From NCBI GenBank assembly GCA_040954595.2, contig CM082586.2, positions 8,587,337 to 8,651,336 of the forward strand: a stretch of 64,000 nt of DNA, written 5' to 3'. A program made the position numbers and the translations under genes. Positions 39,361 to 59,345 of the stretch are shown here, piece after piece; the first letter of the stretch is position 1, and each line of letters starts with the position of its first letter. This DNA is from Balanoglossus misakiensis (taxonomy: Eukaryota > Animalia > Hemichordata). Under the pieces are notes generated by a model. The model was not told the DNA's origin, did no database searches, and saw only the letters and a program-made list of their open reading frames with translations.

Positions 39361-39849
39361 ACATGCTGAAGAAGTCACAAGATCATGATCGCTCTTCAAT
39401 TTTTTTATGTCTCTGTGCGCGCGCGTCTCTCTTTCAGCAGTATGTTCATTCTGATTTAATAAATAAAGAAAATGTATGTCTGTGTGTGAACATTTTAACA
39501 TTCGTGTCTTTCTGCATGATATAATTTTTCCTCAGTGTTAGGGGGTATGTCTTTAATGACGTTTTCCCAATGGCTATAACAGATGAGAAGGGTTCAATTT
39601 GCAATATATTTGAGAATACCATGCATGTCTGTAATAATCTGATTTCATAATGAAAACAATTGCAATAGATCCTTCTAGTCCAGTATAGTTACCTGGGATC
39701 AATTCATTAGCCACGTAGTATTTTGATAGCATTTGATATACCGGTATATCTGTTTTAGTCTTTAATACAAACTTTAATTATGATTTTGCCATTCATTTAC
39801 AATACAGAGTATTGTGTGAGTGTTTACAGTACTTTGATTTTTTGATGAA

Positions 39850-40492
39850 AATTTTCTTGATAAATGCATAAATAATGTGTTTGCAGAAGCCATATAGGCA
39901 TAATTGTTTTTAAATTGGGTGGGGCAGGGCAGTTAATTTGATCATGAAATAACATGGCTTACAAGAAACACATTATTTATACTTTTTGAATAATTGAAAA
40001 TGGACGTATTTAAAATTACATGTTATACACGTTCAGTTTCAGTTATTTTACATGTAGACATTCAACTGTGTGTGTCTTTTTTCCTCAGTCTTTGGGGGTC
40101 TTTAAGGAAATTTTTCTAATGCTACAAGATTTTCAATTTTCTTTTGCTTGATATTGAAAAGTAGTTAGTTTTCTTGATAAATGCATAAATAATGTGTTTG
40201 CAGAAGCCATATAGGCAAAATTGTTGTTTTAAAATAGGGTGGGGCAGGGAATTTGATCATGAAATTACATGGCTTACATGGAACACATTATTTATACTTT
40301 TTTGAATAATTGAAATTGGACGTTTCCACTTTTTAAAATTATATTTTATACACGTTCAGTTTCAGTTATTTTACATTTAGACATTCATCTGTGTGTGTCT
40401 TTTTTCCTCAGTCTTTGGGGGTCTTTAATGAAATTTTTCCAATGCTATAAGATTTTCAACTTTCTTTTGCTTGATATTGAAAAGTAGTTAAT
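39850..40492. repeat. ~320-bp AT-rich tandem duplication
   Basis: TTTCTTGATAAATGCATAAATAATGTG at ~39853 and ~40170; a diverged partial copy lies near 39527. Confidence 0.9.
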
Positions 40493-40530
40493 TTTTGTCA
40501 TGTTTATTGACATTAAAAAGTAGTTTTTAT

Positions 40531-41341
40531 TTATGGAACAGTTTTGATGAGCTCGAGATTTAACCTAATGTCCGCGACTTTTTCCTCAATTTGGGGATCT
40601 CCAAGGAGATCCCCAAATTGGAGAGATTTCCAAGCGGCTGTAACGGATGAGGTTTCCTCCAAGTATTTCTCTTCAAGTCCAGTATACTTTCCTGCAATCA
40701 ATACAGGAGTCACTTTTGACACCTGTATAGTGTTAAACAGTTTGATTTTAATCCTTTTTGTTCTTCCTATTTTAATATGAAATTTATGATTTTGCATTTT
40801 CTTGACACTTTTAAGTGTTAGTATTGGAATGCAGTTTCATTGAGATTTATTCTCATATACATTAAGTTCCACTATCTGTAACATTTTGCAACTTTTTCAC
40901 TAATTTTGGTTGGTGTATAAATTTCATGTGTGCATAATCAGCATTATTTATATTGTTAAAATTAGTATTCAAGTCAAAAAGTTACAGGTAGTGGTCCTAT
41001 AATTGTAAACCTATGTAGAACAGCATAACGTCAAACCTGTTATGATTTACTGAGAACACTTTGTTGATTCAGTGATGAACTATTAATATGTACCTTAAAC
41101 TTTCAATACAAAAATTTGCTTGGTATTGTACCGGGTACGTTTTTAATATTTCTATTATTTTCTATGCCAGATTAGCCTGTTCACTGGAAAATTAGGTTTT
41201 CTAGAGGCATTAAATTACTATTTACAATTTTTTGTTAACTTAGTGAATCTGCATAGTACCTACGCTTTCCCAGAGGATTTTTTCCCTCATTCTGTAAAAA
41301 GGGTTTTTATCTCTGGGTTTTGGTGCGGGGTGTATTTTCAT
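40531..41341 (-). CDS. Putative small two-exon orphan ORF (89 aa), or the terminal exons of an unknown gene
   Basis: Exon 41341-41264 (MKIHPAPKPRDKNPFYRMREKILWES, GTAGGT donor) joins in phase to exon 40722-40531 (VSKVTPVLIAGKYTGLEEKYLEE...ELIKTVP*). AATAAA overlaps the stop. No family recognised. Confidence 0.4.
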
Positions 41342-41754
41342 TCTGTGCAATAAAGTACATGATCCGCTACTCATGTAAAATTGACCTGCATTGTGTGTGT
41401 GTATGCATTTGGATGCGGTAGTTGGAATGCAGACTAGGTTGAGTGGGAAAGGAGACTGAAATGGGAAACAAGTCCAAGTCTCAAACCTACGTAAGCTTTG
41501 CTGTATGAAAAATTTATTTGTGTCTCTGTTTAAGGAAGTGTCGGGAAACTATTGTGATCGGTATAATTATAATATTGATTGCAAAGTACGTGACCAAACC
41601 AACTTTGGAATTATGGCGTACATCTCAATGTATGCTGCACCTGAAATATTCCATTCCCACATTAGAGTAGATTATTTTGCATGCACATTTTAAATTGAGG
41701 CATGTTATTTATGAATTCCCCATAAATTACGGTGGAAATCATGTCTGCTGTTAA

Positions 41755-42155
41755 GGATGTACACGCGGAACATAAACCGGAAAATTGCGCACTCGTCTTT
41801 TTCCCATAGGATTACATTGATAATTGCTGGAAAACAAACTTCTACTATTGTCATTTTCACGAAATTTTACACATAGCTTAGTCAAGTAAATATAAATTCA
41901 TTGGCCAAATAAAATCGTGTGGTCACCACGCTCTATTTTGAGATAAATTTTGTTAAAATATTCGCCCATAGACAAACCATTGGTGAAGAAGCAGTTTTCT
42001 TCTATTATCGACTCAATTCTTGGGTCTGTGTTTCAAAAACAAGCGCGGTGACCCCTATATTTTATCACGGATTTTCATTATACATACACAGAATAATCCA
42101 AAAATCAACAATTAAAAGAAAAGACAATGCTTTCAATTTTGACGAACGTACATCC
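41755..42155. mobile_element. Older TTAA-type MITE just downstream of the SLC35F stop codon
   Basis: TTAA-GGATGTAC...GTACATCC-CTAA. Confidence 0.5.
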
Positions 42156-42200
42156 CTAAACTCCCCCCAATATCCCCTTTTGTGCACTTGTACTTCCAAA

Positions 42201-49668
<7,468 letters not shown>

Positions 49669-50311
49669 CACGATCAACGTAGTCTCAGCTGGTACACAAA
49701 ATACGGGAACCGGTTGACGGGATTGCGCAGTACTAGCTCTGCCGACTGGTAGATCCTTGTGAAACTCCGTTCTACTTATGCGAATTGTGAGTCCACTACA
49801 ATGTCAAGTTGGCTTGCAAATGGGTCACGGTCTCTTAGTCCGTGTCACAGCGAAGTAGAGAAGCAGTAATAGCCAATTTACGTAATATTGCGCAGATGTG
49901 AGATGCGCAAACAAGACTTGTCATGTACATTAGATACACTTGACGGGTGTAGCATGTGCTAGCGTTGAGGAGGCCAGGATACACTTTCCCACTCCGACAT
50001 CTTATACTCACTAGTCTGTGGTTCAAATTAAGACGACTATATTGCAAATACATGTATCAAATTGTGTGTTTTTGCCTGTTACTTCGCTTTCTTTGAATGA
50101 AAATGAAATCTTGATGTCAGAGTTACAGTTTAATCAACTTAACAGTTTCCTGTAACTACTAAAACGTCAAATTCAGCATATGATGGTCGATATCGATAGC
50201 GCCCGAAATAGTACATAATTTAATTGTAGGCGCGTCCGTTGATAGCACCAAAGGTCGCGTCGCACGCATTCAAGACAGGGGTCGGTGAGAGGAATCTTGT
50301 CTGTGGCCTTA

Positions 50312-51461
50312 GGGACCGTTCAGTTTTTACGGCCGGGGGCGGCAAAATCCAGGGGGGGGGGGGTCACTTAAATTTTGAAGTCCTAAAGGGGGGGGGGGTC
50401 ATCTGGGTTTTTTAAAAGTTTAGGGGGGGTCACATACTTTTGCCACCGAACTTTTGCTTTTGAGTCCACAAAATTGCAGTTTCGCACCCTTTATTTTACA
50501 AAATTTTCTAATGTGGGAGGGGGACAACCCCTCCCACACCCACCCCTTCATTCTCCGCCACATTTCATTTTTTGCTGGTTTGTCTAGTGTACCAGGGCAG
50601 AGTGCTTGTCACCCCCAACCCCACCGATGATATTATTTAACAAAGTAAATACATAAGGGAGAATAATCGTTTAAACCATTTCGCATAACTGATAGTTTCG
50701 CGCTGCATCTTCTATATACTAGAAGTTTTATAAATGATGTCATGACGAAAAGTACGCCAAATCTTCTAACTTTGAGTGGAGTCGCTAAAGTAAAATTGGT
50801 CCTCCCAAACATTGAGATAATTTGCTTTTGAGTTCATTAAAATGCAACCTTGCGCTACATATTTTACAAAACTTTCTTATGTGGGAGGGGGACAACCCCT
50901 CCCACACCCACCCCCTCCATGCATTTATTGGTTTGTCTAGTGTACCGGGGCAGACTTCGTGCCACCCCACCCCGATGCCTACTTTGAGTGGAGTGGCAAA
51001 ATTAAAATTTGTCCTCCCTAACATTGACTTAGTTTGCTTTGGAGTTCATTAAAATGCAACTTTGAGCACCGTATTTTACAAAATTTTCTTAGGTGGGAGG
51101 GGGACACCCCCTCCCACGACCACCCCGCCACTTTTCTTGTTTTACCAATTCTGGCAACTATTGTATTGACTTGTCATTTTCATTTGTTCATAGATTTCTT
51201 TATTGCAACGATATACTATTATATACTTCAATTACTTTAAGAAATTTATAATTGAGGCGTGAGGAGCCTCATTCCCTTTATTGCATACAGTCTACATAGG
51301 ATCAGGACGGCGAATGTTTTCGGGGGGGGGGTCATCATATTTTGGGTCTGTCAAAGGGGGTCATCATTTTTTGGTCCTGGACGAAGGGGGGGTCGGCCTG
51401 ATTTTGAAAACTGATGACACAAACTTGCCGCCCCCCCCTGCCGTAAAAACTGAACGGTCCC
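50312..51461. mobile_element. PIF/Harbinger MITE, copy 1 of cluster
   Basis: TIR GGGACCGTTCAGTTTTTACGGC / GCCGTAAAAACTGAACGGTCCC; TTA TSD. Confidence 0.9.
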
Positions 51462-51563
51462 TTAGGGGAGGGTCACATTTTATGAACCAGTTCAAGGGGA
51501 AAGTTGGTTCATATTTTTGAATTGGAAGTTGGACAATACTGTGTCACATTCCATCCAGAATTA

Positions 51564-52634
51564 GGGACTGCTCAGTTTTTACGGCTGGGGGAGGGCGGCA
51601 AAATCCAGGGGGGGGGGGGTCACTTAAATTTTGAAGTTCAAAAGGGGGGTCATCTGTTTTTTTAAACGTTTAGGGGGGGTCACATACTTTTGCCACCGAA
51701 CTTTTGCTTCTGAGTCCACAAAATTGCAGTTTCGCCCCCTTCATTCTCCGCCACATTTCATTTTTTTGCTGGTTTGTCTAGTGTACCAGGGCAGAGTGCT
51801 TGCCACCCCAACCCCACCGATGATAATATTTAACAAAGTAAATACATAAAGGAGAATAATCGTTTAAACCATTTCTCATAACTGATAGTTTCGCGCTGCA
51901 TTTTCCATTATAAATAATGTCATGACGAAGATGACGCCAAATCTTCTAACTTTGAGTGGAGTGGCAAAAAGTAAAATTGGTCCTCCCAGACATTGAGATA
52001 ATTTGCTTTTGAGTTCATTAAAATGCAACTTTGAGCTACATATTTTACAAAATTTTCTTCCTCCCACACCCACCCCCTCCATTCTTCGCCACATTTCATT
52101 TATTGGCTGGTTTGTCTAGTGTACCAGGGCAGACTTCTTGTCACCCCACCCCGATGCTTACTTTGAGTGGAGTGGCAAAATAAAAATTTGTCCTCCCTTA
52201 CATTGAGTTTATTTGCTTTTGAGTTCATTAAAATGCAACTTCGAGCACCGTATTTTACAAAATTTTCTTATGTGGGAGGGGGACACCCCCTCCCAAGCCC
52301 ACCCCCGCTACTTTTCTTGTTTTACCAATTCTAGCAACTATTGTATTGACTTGTCATTTTAATTTGTTCATAAATTTCTTTATTGCAACGATATACTATT
52401 ATATACTTCAATTACTTTTAAGAAATTTATAATTGCGGTGTGAGGAGCCTCATTCCCTTGATTGCATACAATGTACATAGGATCGGCGTGGGGGGGGGGT
52501 CATCATATGTTTGGGTCTGTCAAAGGGGGGACTCATCATTTTTTGGTCCTGGGTGAAGGGGTGGGGGGTCGGCCTGATTTTGAAAACCGATGACACAAAC
52601 TTGCCGCCCCCAGCCGTAAAAGCCGAACGGTCCC
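51564..52634. mobile_element. PIF/Harbinger MITE, copy 2
   Basis: Same TIR and body; TTA flanks. Confidence 0.88.
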
Positions 52635-52637
52635 TTA

Positions 52638-53610
52638 GGGACCGTTCAGTTTTTACGGCCGGGGGGAGGGGTCGGCAAAATCCAGGGGGGGGGGGGTCAC
52701 TTAAATTTTGAAGTCAAAAAGGGGGGGTCATCTGTTTTTTTTAAACGTTTAAGGGGGGGGGTTCACATACTTTTGCCACCGAACTTTTGCTTTTGAGTCC
52801 ACAAAATTGCAGTTTCTCGCCCTTTATTTTACAAAATTTTCTCATGTGGGAGGGGGACACCCCCTCCCACACCCACCCCCTCCATTCTTCGCCACATTTC
52901 ATTTATTGGCTGGTTTGTCTAGTGCACTAGGGCCGACTACTTGCCACCCGATGCGTACTTTGAGTGGAGTGGCAAAAGTAAAATTGGTCTTCCCCAATAT
53001 TGAGTTAATTTGCTTTTGAGTTCATTAAAATGCAACTTTCAGCCCAATATTTTTCAAAATTTTCTTATGTGGGAGGGGGACACCTCCCACACCCACCCCC
53101 TTCATTCTTCACCACATCTAGTGTACCAAGGTATAGCACTTTCCCACCGATGCTAACATTGACTGGCAAAAGTAAAATTTGTCCTCCCTAACATTTAGTT
53201 AATTTGCTTTTGAGTTCATTAAAAAGCAACTTTGAGCACCGTATTTTACAAAATTTTCTCGAACACCCACCCCCGCCATTTTTCTTGTTTTACCCATCCT
53301 ACTAGCCTAGTCCTAGCCGTATTTTGTCCGCTTTGCTTGTCATTTTAATTTATTCATACCTCATTCTTACTTTAAGAAATTTGGAATTGAGGTGTGGGAA
53401 CCCTCATTCCCTATAATGCATACAGTGTACATAGGATCAGGACGGAGAATGTTTTCGGCGTGGGGGGGGGGGGGTCATCATATTTTTTGGCCTGTCAAAG
53501 GGGGGTCATCATTTTTTGGTCCTCGGTGAAGGGGGGTCGGCCTGATTTTGAAAACCCATGACACAAACTTGCCAACCCCCCCCCCCCAGCCGTAAAAACT
53601 GAACGGTCCC
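52638..53610. mobile_element. PIF/Harbinger MITE, copy 3
   Basis: Separated from copy 2 by a single TTA; same TIR. Confidence 0.88.
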
Positions 53611-54621
53611 TTACATGTAGCAATTATATTGTCAATGGAGTGGCAATTGATTCCAACGACAACCGTAACTTTTCTACGGGTAAAATGTCTACCATCACGA
53701 GATTCAAGTTCATTTCTTGGTTGGTTGGTTGGTTGGTTGGTTGGTTGGTTGGTTTGTTTGTTCGTTTTATTGGTCAAGCAACCCTGTTGATGTCTGCAGT
53801 TTTAAGGTTGCGTTCTGAATAGCTTTTTCTCTACAAAGGATCACGGTAGGCATTTTTGTATATGGTCCGTGGGCATTATGGTCACTGATATGTTTTGCAT
53901 CCTACAACTCAACGAATGTAAACTTGGTTTAATAGTGAGCCAAGCCCCACTGCAATGTGGATTTAACGGAATATCTTGACTTTTTTTAACAAACTATCCT
54001 TCAAGTAAAGTACCTAAGTTTCAAACAAACGTACTCTCTAGACTAGTTTTACCCAAGCTGCAGGTTAGGGAGCTTTCGTTTCTTGCGTGGGTGTGTGCCG
54101 GAAATATCCCCGCCAAAATACATTTATTCTGATTTATTGATTTCATTATGATCTTGTAATTTATTTGTAATTATCTGATTATTTTAAACACTATAGAAAT
54201 ATTTGATGATACTGTATGGCAGTAAACTCTGTAAAACACTCAGCACAGTACATGTAGCCTACACGTCACTCGCCGTATTTAAAGACAACTCAGTATCTGT
54301 GAGCACTGTCAGAACCATTACATCACTGTCCCATGAGCCAACCTCTCAACCCAACAATACCTCCATTCTTGAGCTTACACAACGTTTTAGCCAATAGATT
54401 TCTTCAACAAAATCAGCGACATGAGAAACAACCCCAACCTGAACACTTCAACCACGCAGCAGGACAATCCCGAAATCATCTCTACAATCAGTTGATCACA
54501 ATTCAAATCGGAAGCTGTCAGACAAGAAAGTTACAATCCACTCGCCAACGAATTCATGCTTACAGTTTAAAGTCTTGTCATTTTTTGCAAGGGAGTGTGA
54601 AACACGACTTATTGTGGGTAA

Positions 54622-55552
54622 GGGACCGTTCAGTTTTTACGGCCGGGGGGGGGGCGGCAAAATGCAGGGGGGGGTCACCTAAATTTTGAAGTCCACAAGG
54701 GGGGGGGGTCATCTGGTTTTTTTAAACGTTTAGGGGGGGTCACATACTTTTGCCACCAAACTTTTGCTTTTGAGTCCACAAAATTGCAGTTTCGCACCCT
54801 TTATTTTACAAAATTTTCTAATGTGGGAGGGGGACACCCCCTCCCACACCCACCCCTTCATTCTCCGCCACATTTCATTTTTTGCTGGTTTGTCTAGTGT
54901 ACCAAGGCAGAGTGCTTGCCACCCCAACCCCACCGATGATAAAATTTAACAAAGTGAATACATAAAGGAGGATAATTGTTTAAACCATTTTGCATAACTG
55001 ATAGTTTCGCGCTGCATCTTCTATATACTAGAAGTTTTATAAATGATGTCATGACAAGATGACGCCAAATCTTCTAACTTTGAGTGGAGTGGCAAAAAGT
55101 AAAATTGGTCCTCCCAAACATTGAGATAATTTGCTTTTGAGTTCATTAAAATGCAACTTTGCGCTACATATTTTACCAAACACCCCCTCCCACGCCCACC
55201 CCCGCTACTTTTCTTGTTTTACCGATTCTAGCAACTATTGTATTGACTTGTCATTTTAATTTCTTCATAGATTTCTTTATTGCAACGATATACTATTATA
55301 TACTTCAATTACTTTAAGAAATTTATAATTGAGGTGTGAGGAGCCTCATTCCCTTTATTGCATACAGTCTACATAGGATCAGGACGGTGAATGTTTTGGC
55401 CGTGGGGGAGGGGGGTCATCATATTTTTGGGTCTGTCAAAGGGGGGGTCATCATTTTTTGGTCCGGGGTGAAGGGGGGGTCGGCCTGATTTTGAGAACCG
55501 ATGACACAAACTTGCCGCCCCCCCCCCCCTGCCGTAAAAACTGAACGGTCCC
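54622..55552. mobile_element. PIF/Harbinger MITE, copy 4
   Basis: Same TIR; TAA TSD. Confidence 0.9.
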
Positions 55553-57558
55553 TAAGGGTTCATTCGCTCAACAACATCATTCACTCCCTAGATTCAATTA
55601 ATAGCAACAAACAAACAAACAAACAAACATAAACACTACAAACAAGGCAGAAGAGCCCCCTGTGGTTATCGTGTCTGTGTCAAGCGTCCTGCTTGGCTAG
55701 TCACATGAGACGCTGAAACTGACCTAATCAAGTAATTGATTAATGAAATATTCAAGCAAATAATTCAGAATAAATGTATTTTGGCGGGGATATCACCCCA
55801 TTACCTTAGGCCCTGTTTCATTTCTATCGCATTGCCATGGATAGCGCCCTCAATTGACAAATGAAAAAGCTAGCTAGACAGGCAATGAGGAACAGGCAGT
55901 CGTTTCTTTCGTGCAAGGCGCCTGCAGTACAACTTTTTATCACTTTTATCATTAATATGTATGAGTATGTATGAGTGTGTGTGCGTATAACCTTAGACAG
56001 TAAAGAAAGTTGGATGTAAAGTGTGGAAGACATTGATATTTGGTTCATGGCCATAGACAGCGCCCTCAAGTGACAGATGAATAAGTTCTCTGTACAATGA
56101 AGAAAATGAAAGCATCAGAAAAAAATTAAGGGATGATTGTGAAGTCTGAGAAACTGAACATTTTTATTCATATTCAAGTTTAAACAAGAAAAGAAAGTGT
56201 TATGATCTACGAAGGTTGAACTAATGCCATCCAGATAGAGGTCAGTTTCTTTGGTCGGGGTGAGGGGAGGTGGATTGGGGCCACCTGTTGCTTTTGAACT
56301 GCTCAGGGGGTCAGTTTTTAAATTTAGCCCACATTTGCGCCAAAACACGCTTCGCACACAAGTCATGGTGAATTGCAATATTTCCGAAAGCCCTGTTTTG
56401 TAAAAAAACACTTTCGAAATTTGTCACAGGTATCGCCTACCCTGTATAGCGCTTTCTTGGTGCATGGTGTGTATGGGAGACGGGTTTGGTGGGGGTACGG
56501 GGTGGATGTCAGGTACATGGTGGGGGGGGGGCAAAATAGGGCGATATTGCGTGTCTACGTTTCCATAGACGCGAATTCATACATCCCGGTTGTCGGCTTT
56601 ATAAATTGACAATACGTTACCTTGACGAAGTCGCAAAAGACAAACAAAACACAAGCAGTCATTTGCATAACAAAGGATACTTTGCGATAGGGTTAAAACG
56701 ATGATAATAACTGAATTCTAACTGTGCTTACAGTCAGCAGGGTTGTGTGTTAAGTGATTTGACTGAATGTGTTTTATCGGGCATGTCATTTAATTTGCCA
56801 CAGTTTCCAGATACGGTGTAGAGAAGTCACTGTAAACGTGCCTTCCCTGCATTGCAGAGCAAAGCCCTTTACAAAGTTTTGGTTCACTGTAATGCTTTTA
56901 ATTATCACCAAACTTATGTACATCTGTTCCATAAATAATTGAAAAAGAAAGACAATATATTGGCATTGACTGTCAAATTTTGACAAAAACCATATTGCGT
57001 AGACATCAGTTCAATTTATAACAGTTTCGACAGCTTTGTATGCAGAAGAAAGGTCCATCATTGAAAACGAATTAATTAACAATAAGTATCAGTTTCAATA
57101 CCTGGGAAGGGTTTCCATGGTTTCAGTTTTCGCGTCCACAAATAATCGACTAAGACACACAGGTCACCCGTCTACTTCCTATCAAGAAATTTTGTTGCTA
57201 TATTCTGTTTTGTTTTGTTTCCCAGCAACCACATTCTTCGAGGATTAAAACGAAACAGAAAAAATGTGAATTTTCTGCATGGCTGGAAAAAAAAACACTT
57301 CACACTTTTGATTATTTTGACATTGGCTTCACCAGCCCTTCACCGGCTTAAAAAACTCACTTTGTGACCTTGTCGAGCACGTTCATCTTAATTCGAAATT
57401 TACCTAAAGGCATTTCGCAACCATGAATCTTATCTGAAGTAGGCATCCGAAAGTATGGAACCTTTTTCTGTTTCGAGGCTATATGCTAAATTGTTTTAGA
57501 AAATGTGTACATAATTCTGTTTGTGGGGCGATAATTCAGAAAGATGTGAACGTGTTAA

Positions 57559-57816
57559 AGGGACAAAGTCTCTCTCGCGCTGTCCCTTTCCTCTTAATTA
57601 TGTTTGATACAAGACACTGTTTATGATAATGTACTCGCCAAAATGAGTAATCGGTCTCAACCGTTTATTCGTTTTGGCGAGATTTTTACTCTCATATCCT
57701 ACAAACGGTGTGTTTGACCGTTGATTCACTACATATCCACATGTAGGATGACATAAACAGTGTCTTGTATCAAACATAATTAATGGAAAAATGGTAGAGA
57801 GAGAGACTTTGTCCTT
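57559..57816. mobile_element. Second copy of the 983-1319 MITE family
   Basis: Same TIR, and internal TTTTGGC.AGATTTTTACTCTCATATCCTACAAACGG. Confidence 0.8.
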
Positions 57817-58581
57817 TTTACTAAACCCTGTGAAAATGAGAGCAAAATAGTAAAGGTGCGTTGATAATGTTTAATTAAGGATTGAAATGCTATTGTGAAT
57901 AAGGCTTATGTGTTTGAAGTCATGTATATGTAAACTTGTTGTGAAACAACAGTTCGAATCATTATGAAATTAAATCATAGCACAAGACTTACAGTGGATT
58001 CTGGTGTCATCTTAAGTGACACAAATCATTTCGCATACTGGTGAAAACGTTGACATCAGTTCAAGCCCAGTAATTTTCAAATCCTTTAAAACAATTTCCG
58101 CCCGGATTTAGAATTTCAATCTTTGCATTTATTAACCGCTATAAAACAAGTTTAACGTGTAGTATGTTTATGTCTGTCAAATACAATTTCCTCGTAATCA
58201 TATTAACAAAATTAAAATATCACACGTCGTTCGTTGACATGAACTAATCTGGTAAAGCTTCCTTTTAGGGATCAATTTTGAAAAGTTAACCTTTTTATTT
58301 TTTGTTATCATTACTAAGTACTGACACTGTAACACGGCAACTGCTGTGAAAAGAACAAAGAACTGCACTGTGGGTACCCCATCACCGGACCAAGAGCGAT
58401 TCACTCGGACCTTTAGTCTACGACGAGATTTCACATTTCAATGTCCCAACCACCAAATGCGGAAGTGACGTAATCCGCCCAAACTGGAGTTATTACCTTA
58501 AATTCTGACAGTGTGAAAATACGCGCCAAAACTTGGCATATTCGTTCTATAAAATAGTTATGGACAGAAACTTCAACTTAA

Positions 58582-58809
58582 AGTGAAGGGGTCGTCGCGC
58601 GCCGTGTTTGTTTGTTTATAAACATTACAATTCACCAACAAATCCCTGAAATTAGGCCTAGATAATTCTTAGAATGAACGAAGCAGGGCTGGGCATGGCA
58701 TCAACTGAAGATCCTAGTGGGTCGTGGCGACTGCAGTGGGGTTTGCTCTGGTATGGGTGGACATATTCTCATCAAGGGAACACCCACGCGGCGCGACGAC
58801 CCATTCCCT
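58582..58809. mobile_element. TTAA-flanked MITE
   Basis: AGTGAAGGGGTCGTCGCGC.CCG / CGCGGCGCGACGACCCCATTCCCT, with TTAA on both sides. Confidence 0.7.
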
Positions 58810-59296
58810 TTAATGACCACTTTTACTAGGCTAAGATCCCAAAAGTAGTATGACTGTTTAACATTAATATTGTTAAAAAAAGTTGAACATGGAGATCTCT
58901 ACTGAGGAGTTGGAATACCTCTGTGAACTTGAAAAAATATAGTGTACATGGACTTTTCAGTGTTTGTGTGATTTCGTTCTTAAACTGCAAACACGAAGTG
59001 TAAAGCGTTGCATGACAATACATCCATTGTTTTATCGAACGTTATTTCCAGGTTAGTATCGCCAATCAGTATAATAAGTGATTATATTAGCTTTTAATAA
59101 TGTTGTCTGCTTTGGGTCAGATCTATCAACTGAGCAAACGACATATGGAACGTCGCAAGAAACTGGTAATTATTAGGCTTTAGGGAGGGAGAGTGTCGAT
59201 ATATTGGTGTGTATCCATTCCTGTTTGGAAAGTGAAAAGGGGTGTCATCCTGTTTTGGAAGAGCTTAAGGACGGGAGTCAGTGTTTTGTTTGTTCT

Positions 59297-59345
59297 TTTG
59301 TTGTTGTTGTTGTTGTTATTGTTGTTGTTGTTGTTGTTGTTGTTT
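59297..59345. repeat. (TTG)n microsatellite
   Basis: Directly visible. Confidence 0.95.

Larger units (their letters stand above)
25130..39470 (+). ncRNA. Candidate spliced, repeat-rich long non-coding transcription unit (or decayed gene)
   Basis: Promoter-like motifs at 24899-25152; donor GTGAGT at 25309; plus-strand acceptor/donor signals near 28207, 28384-28424, 28450-28484, 31333, 33266, 33571, 34532, 34780, 35115 and 36578; AATAAA near 39457-39467. Stop codons in the exon junctions tried. Confidence 0.4.

Noticed and set aside
37377-39524. Series of 72-aa and other ORFs
   Set aside because: By-products of the microsatellite and of the 89- and 46-bp periods, which are not multiples of 3.
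24997-41656. A 16.7-kb TIR transposon bounded by GAATGGAATATT (left, repeated) and AATATTCCATTC (~41645)
   Set aside because: Only a 12-bp inverted match, with no extended TIR, TSD or transposase. It cannot be excluded without a genome-wide copy search.
50785-54949. Recurrent short ORFs (LQNFLMWEGD.PSH)
   Set aside because: Translations of the repeated MITE subunits; no transposase motifs.
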